Positions 19,902 through 29,361 of a stretch of 64,000 bases of DNA are shown here, one piece after another; position 1 is the first letter of the stretch, and every line of letters begins with the position of its first letter. This DNA is from Alphaproteobacteria bacterium. GTDB taxonomy: Bacteria; Pseudomonadota; Alphaproteobacteria; Micavibrionales; SZUA-601. The translations under genes were made by a program, and so were the position numbers. A model generated the notes under the pieces. That model saw only the letters and a list, made by a program, of their open reading frames with translations, ran no database searches and was not told the DNA's origin. The stretch is from contig OZ244156.1 of assembly GCA_965216395.1 (NCBI GenBank), positions 328,765-392,764 of the forward strand, given 5' to 3'.

Positions 19902-20863
19902 TACACCAACTTAATACAACTGAACTTTTTATGCTTTCTATGGGCGCGATGCTCACAGGACTTTATTTGCTTGTTAAAGGGGGTGAGTGGACGGTAGACT
20001 CATCTGTCTACATTGCGCGTAAGATGGGTATTCCAGCCGAATTTATTGGTTTTACGATTATTGCCTTTGGCACATCTCTGCCCGAGCTGATTGTTTCCAT
20101 TAACGCGAATTTAAGCGGTTTTCCAGGCTTATCAATTGGTAATGTTGTGGGATCCAATATTGCCAATATTCTCTTGATTTTTGGTGTTGCCATGGTGTTT
20201 GCGCCCCTTTCTTTTAAATCAAAGCCAGGACAGAGAGATTTGTTGGCGATGTTATTGGCGACATTTTTGCTTATTTTGGCCAATTATCATGGACTCATCG
20301 AACGGTGGCATGGGTTTGCAATGTTTGTTGCGTTGATTATTTATGTTGTTTACAAATTCAAAAGTAACAAAGGTCAAGCCGCACCTGTCGATGATGATGA
20401 AAAAGTTGTTTTTTCGCATCCCATTTTAGGATGGCTTTTCCTTTTAGGCGGTTTGATTGGCGTTTCTCTGGGGTCAGAGTTTTTGGTTCGTGGTGCGGTT
20501 GAAGTGGCAACGGTTTTAAACGTTCCTGAGGCGGTTATTGGCTTAACGATTGTGGCTTTTGGGACGTCTTTGCCTGAATTATCGGTGGCTATCCAAGCAG
20601 CGCGCCATGGACAAAATGATATTTTAATCGGGAATGTTGTGGGGTCGAATGTATTTAATATTCTCTCTATCCTGGGGATCACAGCATTTGTTAAACCCTT
20701 GGTTATTGAAAGCTCAGTTTTGGCGTTTGATATTGGTTTTATGGCGATAATCAGTGTCGCCTTAGTTTTCTTAGCCGTCTTATTTACGAATTTAAACCGA
20801 CGTGTCGGTGTGTTTGCATTGATTATGTATGTAGCTTATGTGGCGTTGCGCTATATTAGTTAA
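19898..20863 (+). CDS. Ca2+/cation antiporter, CaCA family (YrbG-like)
   Basis: Polytopic membrane protein with the duplicated alpha-repeat signature FGTSLPELIVSI / FGTSLPELSVAI and GNVVGSN repeated twice. ATGA overlap with the previous gene. Confidence 0.85.
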   Translation: MIHQLNTTELFMLSMGAMLTGLYLLVKGGEWTVDSSVYIARKMGIPAEFIGFTIIAFGTSLPELIVSINANLSGFPGLSIGNVVGSNIANILLIFGVAMVFAPLSFKSKPGQRDLLAMLLATFLLILANYHGLIERWHGFAMFVALIIYVVYKFKSNKGQAAPVDDDEKVVFSHPILGWLFLLGGLIGVSLGSEFLVRGAVEVATVLNVPEAVIGLTIVAFGTSLPELSVAIQAARHGQNDILIGNVVGSNVFNILSILGITAFVKPLVIESSVLAFDIGFMAIISVALVFLAVLFTNLNRRVGVFALIMYVAYVALRYIS

Positions 20864-20898
20864 TTATTTTTGATTGATCGCGTTTCGTTTATACTCAC

Positions 20899-21414
20899 CT
20901 AGAGCTTACCAGGCGGTTTAATACTGCTTTTATCATTTTTAAGATTACGAGAACTGCCACCGCCGAAATAAGAACTTCCATCGCCTTCTTTTTTCTTACC
21001 GAAACATGACTTATAAATCACATCGAAATCAGGGATCATTCCCTTTTTAATGTGGGAGATACACATTTTAAAAAAACGCGTGCCATTTTCAAACCAATCG
21101 CGCTCAACCCCTGAAAGCACTTTGCCCATGACTTTAAGGTAAATCGGCGAATAGTTTTTCTTTGTGTCTTGTTCGGCGCGTAATAATAAAATTTGTTTGA
21201 ATGATGGTTGATCTTCTTGGTTTTCTTGGCGGATCATCTGAATTTCACAATCAATGAATTTTTCATCCCCAGACATAGAAATACCAGCGGTGAAGTCTGT
21301 CCCTTTTTCAGCGTTGAAATAATCAAAGGGAATCATTTCATAGGCTTCGAGTGTTTCATCAACACCTAATTTTTTTAAAAAATCATCAACAGATAAAGCC
21401 ATAATTGAAACCAT
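20899..21414 (-). CDS. Hypothetical protein
   Basis: 171-aa ORF with a Gly/Ser/Lys-rich tail and no recognisable domain. An alternative start is at 21402 (MALSV...). Confidence 0.4.
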   Translation of the reverse strand: MVSIMALSVDDFLKKLGVDETLEAYEMIPFDYFNAEKGTDFTAGISMSGDEKFIDCEIQMIRQENQEDQPSFKQILLLRAEQDTKKNYSPIYLKVMGKVLSGVERDWFENGTRFFKMCISHIKKGMIPDFDVIYKSCFGKKKEGDGSSYFGGGSSRNLKNDKSSIKPPGKL

Positions 21415-21487
21415 AGCGTATCTTTTTCTATTTTTCTATGTTAATTTTTGCTTTGAAATTGAAACTGTCTAAAGGATTAAGTGAACC

Positions 21488-21982
21488 ATGAAACTTGTTG
21501 ATATTGTTGCTGTACTCAAAGAAGCAGAAACTCTTTCTTTTACTTTCCTCGATGGCCGTCAGGTTCCATCTCATTTCCATGTAACGGAAGTAGGCAAAAT
21601 ATCTAAGAAATTTATTGATTGTGGCGGTACAATTCGTCAAGAAAGCCGCATCAATTTTCAACTTTGGGATGCGGATGATTATGATCACCGTTTACACCCT
21701 GAGAAATTACTCAAGATCATCACATTGTCACAAGAAAAATTGCAAATCGACGATCAATTAGAGGTCGAGGTTGAATATCAAGATGAAACCATTGGTAAAT
21801 ATGATCTCTCCTATGATCAGGGGCATTTTGTCCTAATTCCACAAAGAACTGATTGTTTGGCCAAGGATAAATGCGGTATTGACCAAAACCCACTATCAAT
21901 GCCGATTAAAGTCGTTAGATCTAAAACACCAGCGGATCAAAAACAATCATCTTGTTGTTCTTCTGATTCCAATTGTTGTTAA
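21488..21982 (+). CDS. DUF6428-like protein with Cys-rich C-terminal tail
   Basis: VPSHFHVTEVGKISKKFIDCGG...QLWDADD resembles the DUF6428 family seen in arsenic-type loci. The C-terminus is SSCCSSDSNCC. Confidence 0.5.
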   Translation: MKLVDIVAVLKEAETLSFTFLDGRQVPSHFHVTEVGKISKKFIDCGGTIRQESRINFQLWDADDYDHRLHPEKLLKIITLSQEKLQIDDQLEVEVEYQDETIGKYDLSYDQGHFVLIPQRTDCLAKDKCGIDQNPLSMPIKVVRSKTPADQKQSSCCSSDSNCC

Positions 21983-22014
21983 TCTTTTAATTTGTTTTGG
22001 AGGATAAAAAAAGA

Positions 22015-22040
22015 CTGGGTGTGGGGCCCAGCCTTTTTCT
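22015..22040 (+). terminator. Weak candidate terminator after the DUF6428-like gene
   Basis: CTGGG-N7-CCCAG hairpin followed by CCTTTTTCT. The stem is only 5 bp. Confidence 0.3.
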
Positions 22041-22199
22041 ACCATTGCTTCCTCCATGTGTGTGTGGAGTGTGTGTCGGGGAAGAAGCAGATCTGTTGCT
22101 ATAATAATTGCAAAGACCGTGCCAAAATAATATTTCATTGATTTTATTTATTCTTCTACGGTTTTGTTTTACAATATAATCACAATTTAAGGAGAAAAT

Positions 22200-22937
22200 A
22201 TGGTGGAAACAAAATTTATTCTCGATACCGATGATGGCCATAAAATTCATGGTGTTTTGAATAAGGCAAAAGGGAAAAAGAATAAGAAAGCAGTCCTTTT
22301 TATTCATGGTCTGCCAGCTAATTGTCGTAGATATGTTCCTTCACTAATGGCACATAGCTTTCCTCAAAAAGGTTATGATATTATTCGTATTGACCTTTAT
22401 AGTTCAAGTTTGGGTGGGCGTAGTATCGTAGATGTAACATTAAAAATTCATGGTCAAGATATAGATACGGTAATAACTCATTTTTCTAAAAATTACGATA
22501 AAATATTTGGTTTGGGTCACAGCTATGGTGGGCCATCTTTAATACTGTCTGATCAAACCAAATTTACAGCTTTTTCGTTGTGGGACCCTACATACCGACC
22601 TTCTATTATTACAAAGCATTATAAGAAGCATGGAAAATTATTCATCTCAACCCGCGGTAGTGGGGCTGTAATAGGTCAATCTCTTTATAACGAAGCAAAA
22701 GATATGGATGAAAATTGGGCTAGAAAGCAATCTAATCAGGTTAAATGCCCTATACAGGTTATATATGCAGGACATAAGGATAACTCTTTTTGGGTGAATG
22801 AGGGCGAATCTTTCCATACCTATGCTTCCACCAAAACCGATGAAAAAATCATAAGAAAGGCTAGTCACTCATTTTATGAGGAAGGCGCATCAGAGATTTT
22901 GTTCAAACACACGCTGAACTGGTTTAATCAATTTTAA
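22200..22937 (+). CDS. Alpha/beta-fold hydrolase
   Basis: AVLFIHGL..., nucleophile elbow GHSYGG and a C-terminal ...ASHSF (candidate His). Confidence 0.6.
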   Translation: MVETKFILDTDDGHKIHGVLNKAKGKKNKKAVLFIHGLPANCRRYVPSLMAHSFPQKGYDIIRIDLYSSSLGGRSIVDVTLKIHGQDIDTVITHFSKNYDKIFGLGHSYGGPSLILSDQTKFTAFSLWDPTYRPSIITKHYKKHGKLFISTRGSGAVIGQSLYNEAKDMDENWARKQSNQVKCPIQVIYAGHKDNSFWVNEGESFHTYASTKTDEKIIRKASHSFYEEGASEILFKHTLNWFNQF

Positions 22938-23601
22938 AGTTTGTGGCGTTTATATCTGCTAATTCTTGTGTCGGCGTTGATAGTTTAAAAAGAGCATTTT
23001 TGTCACCACTAAACTGCAACCAAAGGGTTTTACTCGTTTGTTGCGTGTAGATCGTTCCAAAAGAAAAACTTTCAATATCCGTTATATGGTGCTTCATATC
23101 TCGGTATTTTTGCATATATTCGGATGGTTTTTGGTCTCTAAAAATTTTATCAAGTGGGGGAAATGCATAGCCTTGATAAGTTTTTTGGTTATTATCATTA
23201 ATATAAAAATCAAAGTCTCTATTTGCCTTAAATTTCTTTATTAACAGCGCATGACACTCTTTATCATAGGTTAATTCATACTCTATTTTATTTTGATTGT
23301 TTGGATCAAATTTGATGCCCCTCTTAAAGCGCCCAGTTTTATCAAATTCCCTTCTATAAATAACGGACCCTGTTTTATCAAATTGATCTTCTTGGGCGTA
23401 ATGGCTTTGTGCGTTATATAGACATCTTAGTAAGATAAGTTTATTAGTATTGGTATATATTTTTTCGTATTGTAGTCTTCCACTTGGAAAAAATGTTTTC
23501 TTGGATACCAAAGAATCCGGCTGTCGGTCGGCTCCGTTTAAATTCTGGTCTATATTCTGCAATAGTAAATTAATATCAGACACAATTTTGCTCTCCATCA
23601 T
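22924..23601 (-). CDS. Hypothetical protein
   Basis: 225-aa AT-rich ORF with no recognisable domain. It overlaps the convergent hydrolase gene by 14 nt. Confidence 0.4.
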   Translation of the reverse strand: MMESKIVSDINLLLQNIDQNLNGADRQPDSLVSKKTFFPSGRLQYEKIYTNTNKLILLRCLYNAQSHYAQEDQFDKTGSVIYRREFDKTGRFKRGIKFDPNNQNKIEYELTYDKECHALLIKKFKANRDFDFYINDNNQKTYQGYAFPPLDKIFRDQKPSEYMQKYRDMKHHITDIESFSFGTIYTQQTSKTLWLQFSGDKNALFKLSTPTQELADINATNFKID

Positions 23602-23910
23602 CTTATTTAAGACTATAAAGAGAATTTAAATTATGTCAATGGTGTTTGATTAAAGCTCTGATGCTTTAATAAGAAGAAAAAAGAATGCTGTGGCAAAGCC
23701 GACAAGAAATAAAAAGACCAAGCTTACGGAGGTAACGATTTCTAAAAGCATGATAAAAATACCTTATAATTTTTAATATTTAAAAGTTAGAAAAAAGCTT
23801 TGATGAGGGGATTTATAACGCTCAAATGAGCGGTTTGCAACCATAAAATAATAAAATTTTATTTTTTATATTATTGTTATTTATCAATAGGTTGATTATG
23901 TTTTTGTAAC

Positions 23911-23946
23911 AAAAAAATGATCCAAATTATTTAAATATTTGGATCA
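23911..23946 (-). terminator. Rho-independent terminator of clpX
   Basis: TGATCCAAAT...ATTTGGATCA hairpin (23918-23946). On the minus strand a T run follows it (plus-strand A run 23911-23917). Confidence 0.6.
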
Positions 23947-23980
23947 TTTTATAATTTTAATTTTCACTTAAAAATCTGTG

Positions 23981-25258
23981 TTATTTTTCTTTGCTCGCAA
24001 CTTTCTTTTTCGGTTTTTCAGTCTTTGCTTTAACAAATTTTGGCTTAGCGCCATCGGTTACACATTTTTTATCAAATATGACCTTTGTGACATCGTTCAT
24101 GCCGGGTAAATCATACATAGTTTCAAGCAGAAGACTTTCTAAAATGGAGCGTAATCCCCGGGCACCTGTTTTACGTTCCACGGCTTTATCGGCAATCGCA
24201 TGGAGAGCATCTTCAGTAAACTCTAGCTCAGCATCTTCCATTTCAAAAAGTGCGGCATATTGTTTCGTGAGGGCGTTTTTTGGTTCCGTTAAGATTTGCA
24301 CCAACGCGTCATGATCAAGATCTTCTAATGTCGCGATCACAGGTGTGCGACCAATAAATTCAGGGATTAAGCCGAATTTAACAAGATCCTCTGGTTGTAC
24401 TTCAGCCAAAACTTCACCAATGCGTCTGGCTTCTGGATCTTGGACATCTGCGCCGAAACCGATAGAGGTACCTTTATTACGTTCCGCAATAATTTTATCA
24501 AGCCCAGCGAAAGCGCCACCACAAATAAATAAGACATTGGTTGTGTCGACTTGTAAAAATTCTTGCTGTGGATGTTTGCGCCCGCCCTGCGGTGGTACAG
24601 AGGCCACTGTGCCTTCCATGAGTTTTAAGAGTGCCTGCTGCACCCCTTCGCCCGAAACGTCACGGGTAATGGATGGATTATCGCCTTTGCGACTAATTTT
24701 ATCGATTTCATCGATATAAACGATCCCCTTTTGCGCCGCTTCGACATTGTAATCACAGGCTTGTAAAAGCTTAAGCACAATATTTTCAACATCTTCACCA
24801 ACATATCCCGCTTCGGTCAAGGTGGTCGCATCTGCCATAGTAAAGGGAACGTCTAAAATACGCGCCAGTGTTTGTGCCAAGAGCGTTTTACCGCAACCTG
24901 TTGGCCCTAAAAGTAAGATATTCGATTTTGCTAATTCAATATCAGACGTACCAGAAGACTTGTGTTCCATGCGTTTGTAGTGGTTGTGAACCGCCACAGA
25001 CATAATCCGTTTTGCACGTGCTTGGCCAATCACATATTGATTGAGAAAATCATTGATCTCTTGCGGTGTGGCCACCGTTCCTGATTTGACCAACTCTGTC
25101 TTTTCTTCTTCGCGAATAATATCATTACACAGCTCAACACATTCATTACAGATGAATACGTTAGGGCCGGCGATTAATTTACGCACTTCGTGCTGGCTTT
25201 TCCCGCAGAAAGAACAGTAAAGGGTATTTTTCTCGTCTTTATCGTCTGATTTACTCAT
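23981..25258 (-). CDS. clpX: ATP-dependent Clp protease ATP-binding subunit ClpX
   Basis: Zinc-binding [11 protein letters not shown]...CNEC, Walker A GPTGCGKT and Walker [10 protein letters not shown]. The start is taken at MSKSDDKD (25258). The track ORF extends 10 codons further, to 25288. Confidence 0.95.
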   Translation of the reverse strand: MSKSDDKDEKNTLYCSFCGKSQHEVRKLIAGPNVFICNECVELCNDIIREEEKTELVKSGTVATPQEINDFLNQYVIGQARAKRIMSVAVHNHYKRMEHKSSGTSDIELAKSNILLLGPTGCGKTLLAQTLARILDVPFTMADATTLTEAGYVGEDVENIVLKLLQACDYNVEAAQKGIVYIDEIDKISRKGDNPSITRDVSGEGVQQALLKLMEGTVASVPPQGGRKHPQQEFLQVDTTNVLFICGGAFAGLDKIIAERNKGTSIGFGADVQDPEARRIGEVLAEVQPEDLVKFGLIPEFIGRTPVIATLEDLDHDALVQILTEPKNALTKQYAALFEMEDAELEFTEDALHAIADKAVERKTGARGLRSILESLLLETMYDLPGMNDVTKVIFDKKCVTDGAKPKFVKAKTEKPKKKVASKEK

Positions 25259-25425
25259 TTTATCCTTATCCCATGATTGGGGAATCATTTGGTTTATTTC
25301 TTACTACTATCAAATCCTATCTTAGTAAAAGGGGCGTTAATTTTTTATTGTTTTACACGAATTTGATATCCTACTATAACTTGACTCCGATGAATGACAA
25401 GAGAATAAATACAGTGGTATCTAAA

Positions 25426-25836
25426 ATGCAATTAACGAAAGAAGATCTTCTTGAAAACTTTGAGTTTTTATCAGATTGGGAGGATCGTTATGCTTATTTG
25501 ATTGAATTGGGTAAAAACGTACAGCCTTTGGATGATCATCTAAAGAATGAAAACACATTGGTTAAAGGGTGCACCAGTCAAGTTTGGTTGGTGGCAGAAA
25601 CGGCACAATCAAAATCTGGATTTATTTCTTTTAAAGCGGATAGTGACGCCCATATTGTGCGTGGTTTAATTGCTATTTTAATGACTGTTTATAATGATCA
25701 ACCTGTTGAATTTATTAAAAACTTCCCCATAGATGATTTTTTCTCTCAGCTGGGGCTGGCTTCTCATCTCAGCCCTAATCGGCGCAACGGTTTTTTTGCC
25801 ATGGTCGGGCGCATTAAATCTCTTGCGGATTTGTAG
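25426..25836 (+). CDS. sufE: Cysteine desulfuration protein SufE
   Basis: MQLTKEDLLENFEFLSDWEDRYAYLIELGK and the GCTSQVW active-site Cys motif. The start was chosen by similarity to SufE N-termini. Upstream ATGs at 25390 and 25273 are possible. Confidence 0.8.
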   Translation: MQLTKEDLLENFEFLSDWEDRYAYLIELGKNVQPLDDHLKNENTLVKGCTSQVWLVAETAQSKSGFISFKADSDAHIVRGLIAILMTVYNDQPVEFIKNFPIDDFFSQLGLASHLSPNRRNGFFAMVGRIKSLADL

Positions 25837-26656
25837 ATTCTATACCAATCGTTTCAATAATTTCTTCAAGCAGTTGAGACGCACCAAAGCGCAGAGTGTA
25901 TGAATCAACCCATTCTTTACCCATGACCAGTTCGCTTAGTTTTAAGAATTGAGCGGCAATATTTGCCGTTTTTAAACCACCCGATATTTTTAGACCAATA
26001 TCCGTGTTCTGTTGATTTTTTTGCTGTCGTTCATGTAAGACTTCAAGAATATAAAAAGCCGTTTCAAGTGTTGCACCCGTATGGCCAAAACCAGTTGAAG
26101 TTTTAATAAAATCAGCCCCACAATCAATAGCCATACGCGTGGCGTTTTGAATGTTTTCCTTTGATATCAGCGCCCCTGTTTCTAAAATAACTTTCATGAT
26201 GACATGTTGTCCACATGCCTGACGACAGGCGCGTAGAGATTGAACAACATGGTCAAAATGACCATCAAGGAAAGCTTTGTATGGTAAAACAATGTCAATT
26301 TCTTGGGCGCCCGCATTGACAACATCCTCTGTCATATTGGCGATTTCATTAATATCGTCTTCGCCATGTGGAAAATTAATCACTGTCGCAATTTTAACCG
26401 TATTATGTCGCAAAGAATCAAAGGCGGTTTCAACAAATTTAGGAGATACACAAACAGCCGCCGTTTCGCCAACAGGTGTTGAAGCGCTAGCGCATAAATG
26501 GCGAATATCGTCAGCAGAAGCATCTTCGCTAAGGTTTGTGGGCTCAAGCATGGTCAAAATACGCAATGCTTTTTCGCGTGTGATGACTGTATTGCTGGCT
26601 TCAAAGATCAATGTTTGCGGATCTAAATTTTTATCATTTTCTGAAGGATGATCCAT
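25814..26656 (-). CDS. deoC: Deoxyribose-phosphate aldolase
   Basis: ...DFIKTSTGFGHTGATLE (the Schiff-base Lys motif) and GLKISGG. A TIM-barrel-sized protein. Confidence 0.8.
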   Translation of the reverse strand: MDHPSENDKNLDPQTLIFEASNTVITREKALRILTMLEPTNLSEDASADDIRHLCASASTPVGETAAVCVSPKFVETAFDSLRHNTVKIATVINFPHGEDDINEIANMTEDVVNAGAQEIDIVLPYKAFLDGHFDHVVQSLRACRQACGQHVIMKVILETGALISKENIQNATRMAIDCGADFIKTSTGFGHTGATLETAFYILEVLHERQQKNQQNTDIGLKISGGLKTANIAAQFLKLSELVMGKEWVDSYTLRFGASQLLEEIIETIGIESTNPQEI

Positions 26657-26669
26657 GGATAATTAGACC

Positions 26670-27323
26670 TTAGTGAGCAATTGTTACAATGGCGGGCAAT
26701 AAAACAGAGGAAGCAATTATAAAATAGATAACAGTTCGATAACGTATAAAAAAGCTCAGCTGTTGTGCAGTTAAAAATCGATCCATTTTTTCTTCAACAT
26801 AAAGCCAATCAGTGCAAATCAGCGATAAGCTTGTAACAATAAGAGCCATTTGTCCAAACAAAATTGCGACTATGACACTGAATGCGAGGGGGATATTAGC
26901 AATTTTTCTTGAATTTTCAACGGGATGATTACGCATCATATTCGTTTTTTGTAGATTCGGTATGACGGAAAAATGATTTTTATTGGCTGGATTTTGTTTT
27001 ATTTTGCGCAAAGCTTTTTTAACATCAACAGGGTGCATGACAATTTCTGTGCGAACGGGTAGGGCGCATTCAATGGCTTGCCAATTCAAACTATCAATGT
27101 CTTTGATTTCTCGGGCTTTATACAAAACAATCTCTGAAAATTTTTGTTCTTTTTGGGCTAAATACATGGCTTTGCGCGCATGGCGAATATCATCTGTTTT
27201 TGTGATGATATTGTGCCATCGGCCTTGTGATTTAGCCATAACTTTAAAAATATCACGTGTGAGAATTGTTTCACATGCTTGTTTTTCAATCGTTTGGTGA
27301 ATTATTTTTTGTAAAGGCGTCAT
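26670..27323 (-). CDS. Hypothetical membrane protein
   Basis: 217 aa with C-terminal TM segments (IPLAFSVIVAILFGQMALIVTSLSLI; VIYFIIASSVLLPAIVTIA). ATGA-type overlap with the hisS stop. Confidence 0.4.
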   Translation of the reverse strand: MTPLQKIIHQTIEKQACETILTRDIFKVMAKSQGRWHNIITKTDDIRHARKAMYLAQKEQKFSEIVLYKAREIKDIDSLNWQAIECALPVRTEIVMHPVDVKKALRKIKQNPANKNHFSVIPNLQKTNMMRNHPVENSRKIANIPLAFSVIVAILFGQMALIVTSLSLICTDWLYVEEKMDRFLTAQQLSFFIRYRTVIYFIIASSVLLPAIVTIAH

Positions 27324-28630
27324 GACAGATCATCATTCCAGTTTTTTGGATCCGCCACGACTTGTTGACGTGTCGCCATATTTTTCACTTCATGTTCTTG
27401 TTCATCACTTTGGGGAACGAACCAGACATAGTTAATGCCCTTTTTTTCAGCATAGCTGAGCTGTTTCTGTAATTTTTGCGGCGCGTGATATGTTTCAACA
27501 TTAAAGCCACGTTCACGCAAATCCCGTGCTGTTTGTTGGGCATTTTCGCGTAATTCTTCCGACGGTAACGTCACCAGAATATCGGTTGGTGATTTTTTAC
27601 TTGGTTTGAGATAGTTGTAGTGATGAAGAACTTCAAAAATACAAGTTAGGCCAATTGATATCCCAACACCAGGTAAATGGCGATTGATGTAATTACCCGC
27701 TAAATCGTCATATCGTCCACCGCTACCAATGCTTCTTTTAAATTCAGGAATTTCAGTAAGCTTTGCCTCATAGACTGTTCCTGTGTAATAGTCAAACCCT
27801 CGGATGATAGACAAATCAAATTTCACCGCCCAATCTGGTAAATGAGTTAATTGTTGCATCACAAACTGCAGTTCATTTAATCCTTGTTGCATTTGATCAT
27901 TTGCTGCTGTGATAGTCGATAGATCTGTTGATTCAACTAAGTCTAAGATGGTATTTGATTGTTCATCTGTAAGCTTTGCATTTTCTATAAGCATCTTATA
28001 CACACCATCGCGGTTAATCTTATCAATTTTATCAACAATCCGCGTGACTGCGTAAACGTCTTCTATTCCAAGTGAATCGATCAGACCAAGTAATATTTTT
28101 CGATTGGAGACAACAATTTGAAATTTACCAATATTTAGACCTTTTAAGACCTCGTACATAACCTCAATCATCTCTGAATCAAAGTGAATCGGCAGATGAT
28201 CTGGATTAACCACATCAATATCACATTGATAAAATTCCCTACTACGACCTAGTTGTGGGCGTTCACCACGCCAGACTTTTTGCATTTGATAACGTTTAAA
28301 CGGGAAATCGAGGCTATTGAAATGTTGTGCGGTATAGCGTGCAAAGGGTACAGTTTGATCAAAATGCAAACCAAGGCGCGCATCAGATGTGTCTTTTTCA
28401 TCGGCTTGCAGGCGGGTCAAAGTATAAATTTCCTTATCGGTTTCTCCTTTGGCCAATAAAACATCCAATTCTTCAACAACGGGTGTCTCAATATTCGTAT
28501 AGCCATAGGATTCAAAGACGCGCCGGATATGGTCCATCCATTCTTGCTCAACAGCACGAATTTCGGGAAGCCATTCGGGAAAACCACTGATCGGGCGTGG
28601 TTTATAGATTTTTTTCTTATTTTTACTCAT
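27320..28630 (-). CDS. hisS: Histidine--tRNA ligase
   Basis: PISGFPEWLPE..., class-II motifs (FRYQMQKVWRGERPQLGRSREFYQCDIDV, GSGGRYDDL) and a C-terminal anticodon-binding domain. The start is at MSKNKKK (28630). The track ORF runs 35 codons further, into the upstream gene. Confidence 0.9.
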   Translation of the reverse strand: MSKNKKKIYKPRPISGFPEWLPEIRAVEQEWMDHIRRVFESYGYTNIETPVVEELDVLLAKGETDKEIYTLTRLQADEKDTSDARLGLHFDQTVPFARYTAQHFNSLDFPFKRYQMQKVWRGERPQLGRSREFYQCDIDVVNPDHLPIHFDSEMIEVMYEVLKGLNIGKFQIVVSNRKILLGLIDSLGIEDVYAVTRIVDKIDKINRDGVYKMLIENAKLTDEQSNTILDLVESTDLSTITAANDQMQQGLNELQFVMQQLTHLPDWAVKFDLSIIRGFDYYTGTVYEAKLTEIPEFKRSIGSGGRYDDLAGNYINRHLPGVGISIGLTCIFEVLHHYNYLKPSKKSPTDILVTLPSEELRENAQQTARDLRERGFNVETYHAPQKLQKQLSYAEKKGINYVWFVPQSDEQEHEVKNMATRQQVVADPKNWNDDLS

Positions 28631-28682
28631 GAGTGATAGATTGCCTTTTTTAAGAGAAATGTCAATTAGACTCTTACAATTT

Positions 28683-29237
28683 TTACCCGTTTCGCTCTCT
28701 TTTTTGATGAATTTTTGACAAAATAATATAGGCATTGCTGATGATTTTAAATTTTTCTTCCGCCTTTTGATCGCCTTTATTTTTATCAGGGTGATATTTC
28801 TTAACCAGTTTTCGGTATTGCGCCTTGATCACGTCTAATGTGGCATCGGGCGGTAAACCCAATAATGAAAGGGATTCCATTTCTTCATTTGTGGTTTTGG
28901 GTCTTTTACTCTTTGGGGTGTCTTCATAGACAGCGCGCATTTTAAACGCCATTTGTAAAAGGCGTTGTTCTAATATCAATGGCGCGGTGGCCGGGCGTGT
29001 CGGTCTGTCCCAGCCTGCATCACGGTTATATTGTTCAAAAATATCTTTTTCAGAAAAATCAGCAAAATAATTCCATTGCGCATTATAGGCACGAATATGT
29101 TCAAGACAAAAATAATAATATTCACGCAAGTTTTTTCGTGATTTTGGCGCACGAAATTCGCCCGTTTGTTGGCACCCTTCATGATCGCAAGGGCGAACAG
29201 GCTTTTCTTCTTTATCTTTGTCACGAATATGAAACAT
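28683..29237 (-). CDS. J-domain (DnaJ-like) protein with N-terminal Cys/His cluster
   Basis: C-terminal J domain [37 protein letters not shown] (HPD motif). The N-terminus has CDHEGCQ...FCLEH. Confidence 0.75.
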   Translation of the reverse strand: MFHIRDKDKEEKPVRPCDHEGCQQTGEFRAPKSRKNLREYYYFCLEHIRAYNAQWNYFADFSEKDIFEQYNRDAGWDRPTRPATAPLILEQRLLQMAFKMRAVYEDTPKSKRPKTTNEEMESLSLLGLPPDATLDVIKAQYRKLVKKYHPDKNKGDQKAEEKFKIISNAYIILSKIHQKRERNG

Positions 29238-29361
29238 GTCGGCTAATCTACAGAAAAACCAAAAATCATGCTAGGAAAACTCTTTTTCTATAATATATCT
29301 TGCCTTTATCCATAATATCTGTTTTTATTTTGTTTATTGATTCATTAAATAGAGCTTATTT

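Noticed and set aside
22056-22076. Short alternating purine-pyrimidine (TG)n-like runs (ATGTGTGTGTGGAGTGTGTGT)
   Set aside because: Too short and interrupted to call a microsatellite or phase-variation tract. Noted only as odd composition in the intergenic region.
21428-22307. Minus-strand ORFs of 86, 63 and 106 aa around the DUF6428-like gene and its downstream spacer
   Set aside because: They overlap a better-supported plus-strand gene or cross the promoter and 5' region of the hydrolase gene. Their composition is not protein-like, and I saw no start context.
23991-24719. 107-aa and 124-aa plus-strand ORFs antisense to clpX
   Set aside because: They are shadow ORFs within a highly conserved gene, with Ser/Pro/Cys-rich nonsense-like composition.
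26277-26651. 124-aa plus-strand ORF antisense to deoC
   Set aside because: Same reasoning: the deoC frame carries the KTSTGF active-site motif and this antisense frame has no features.
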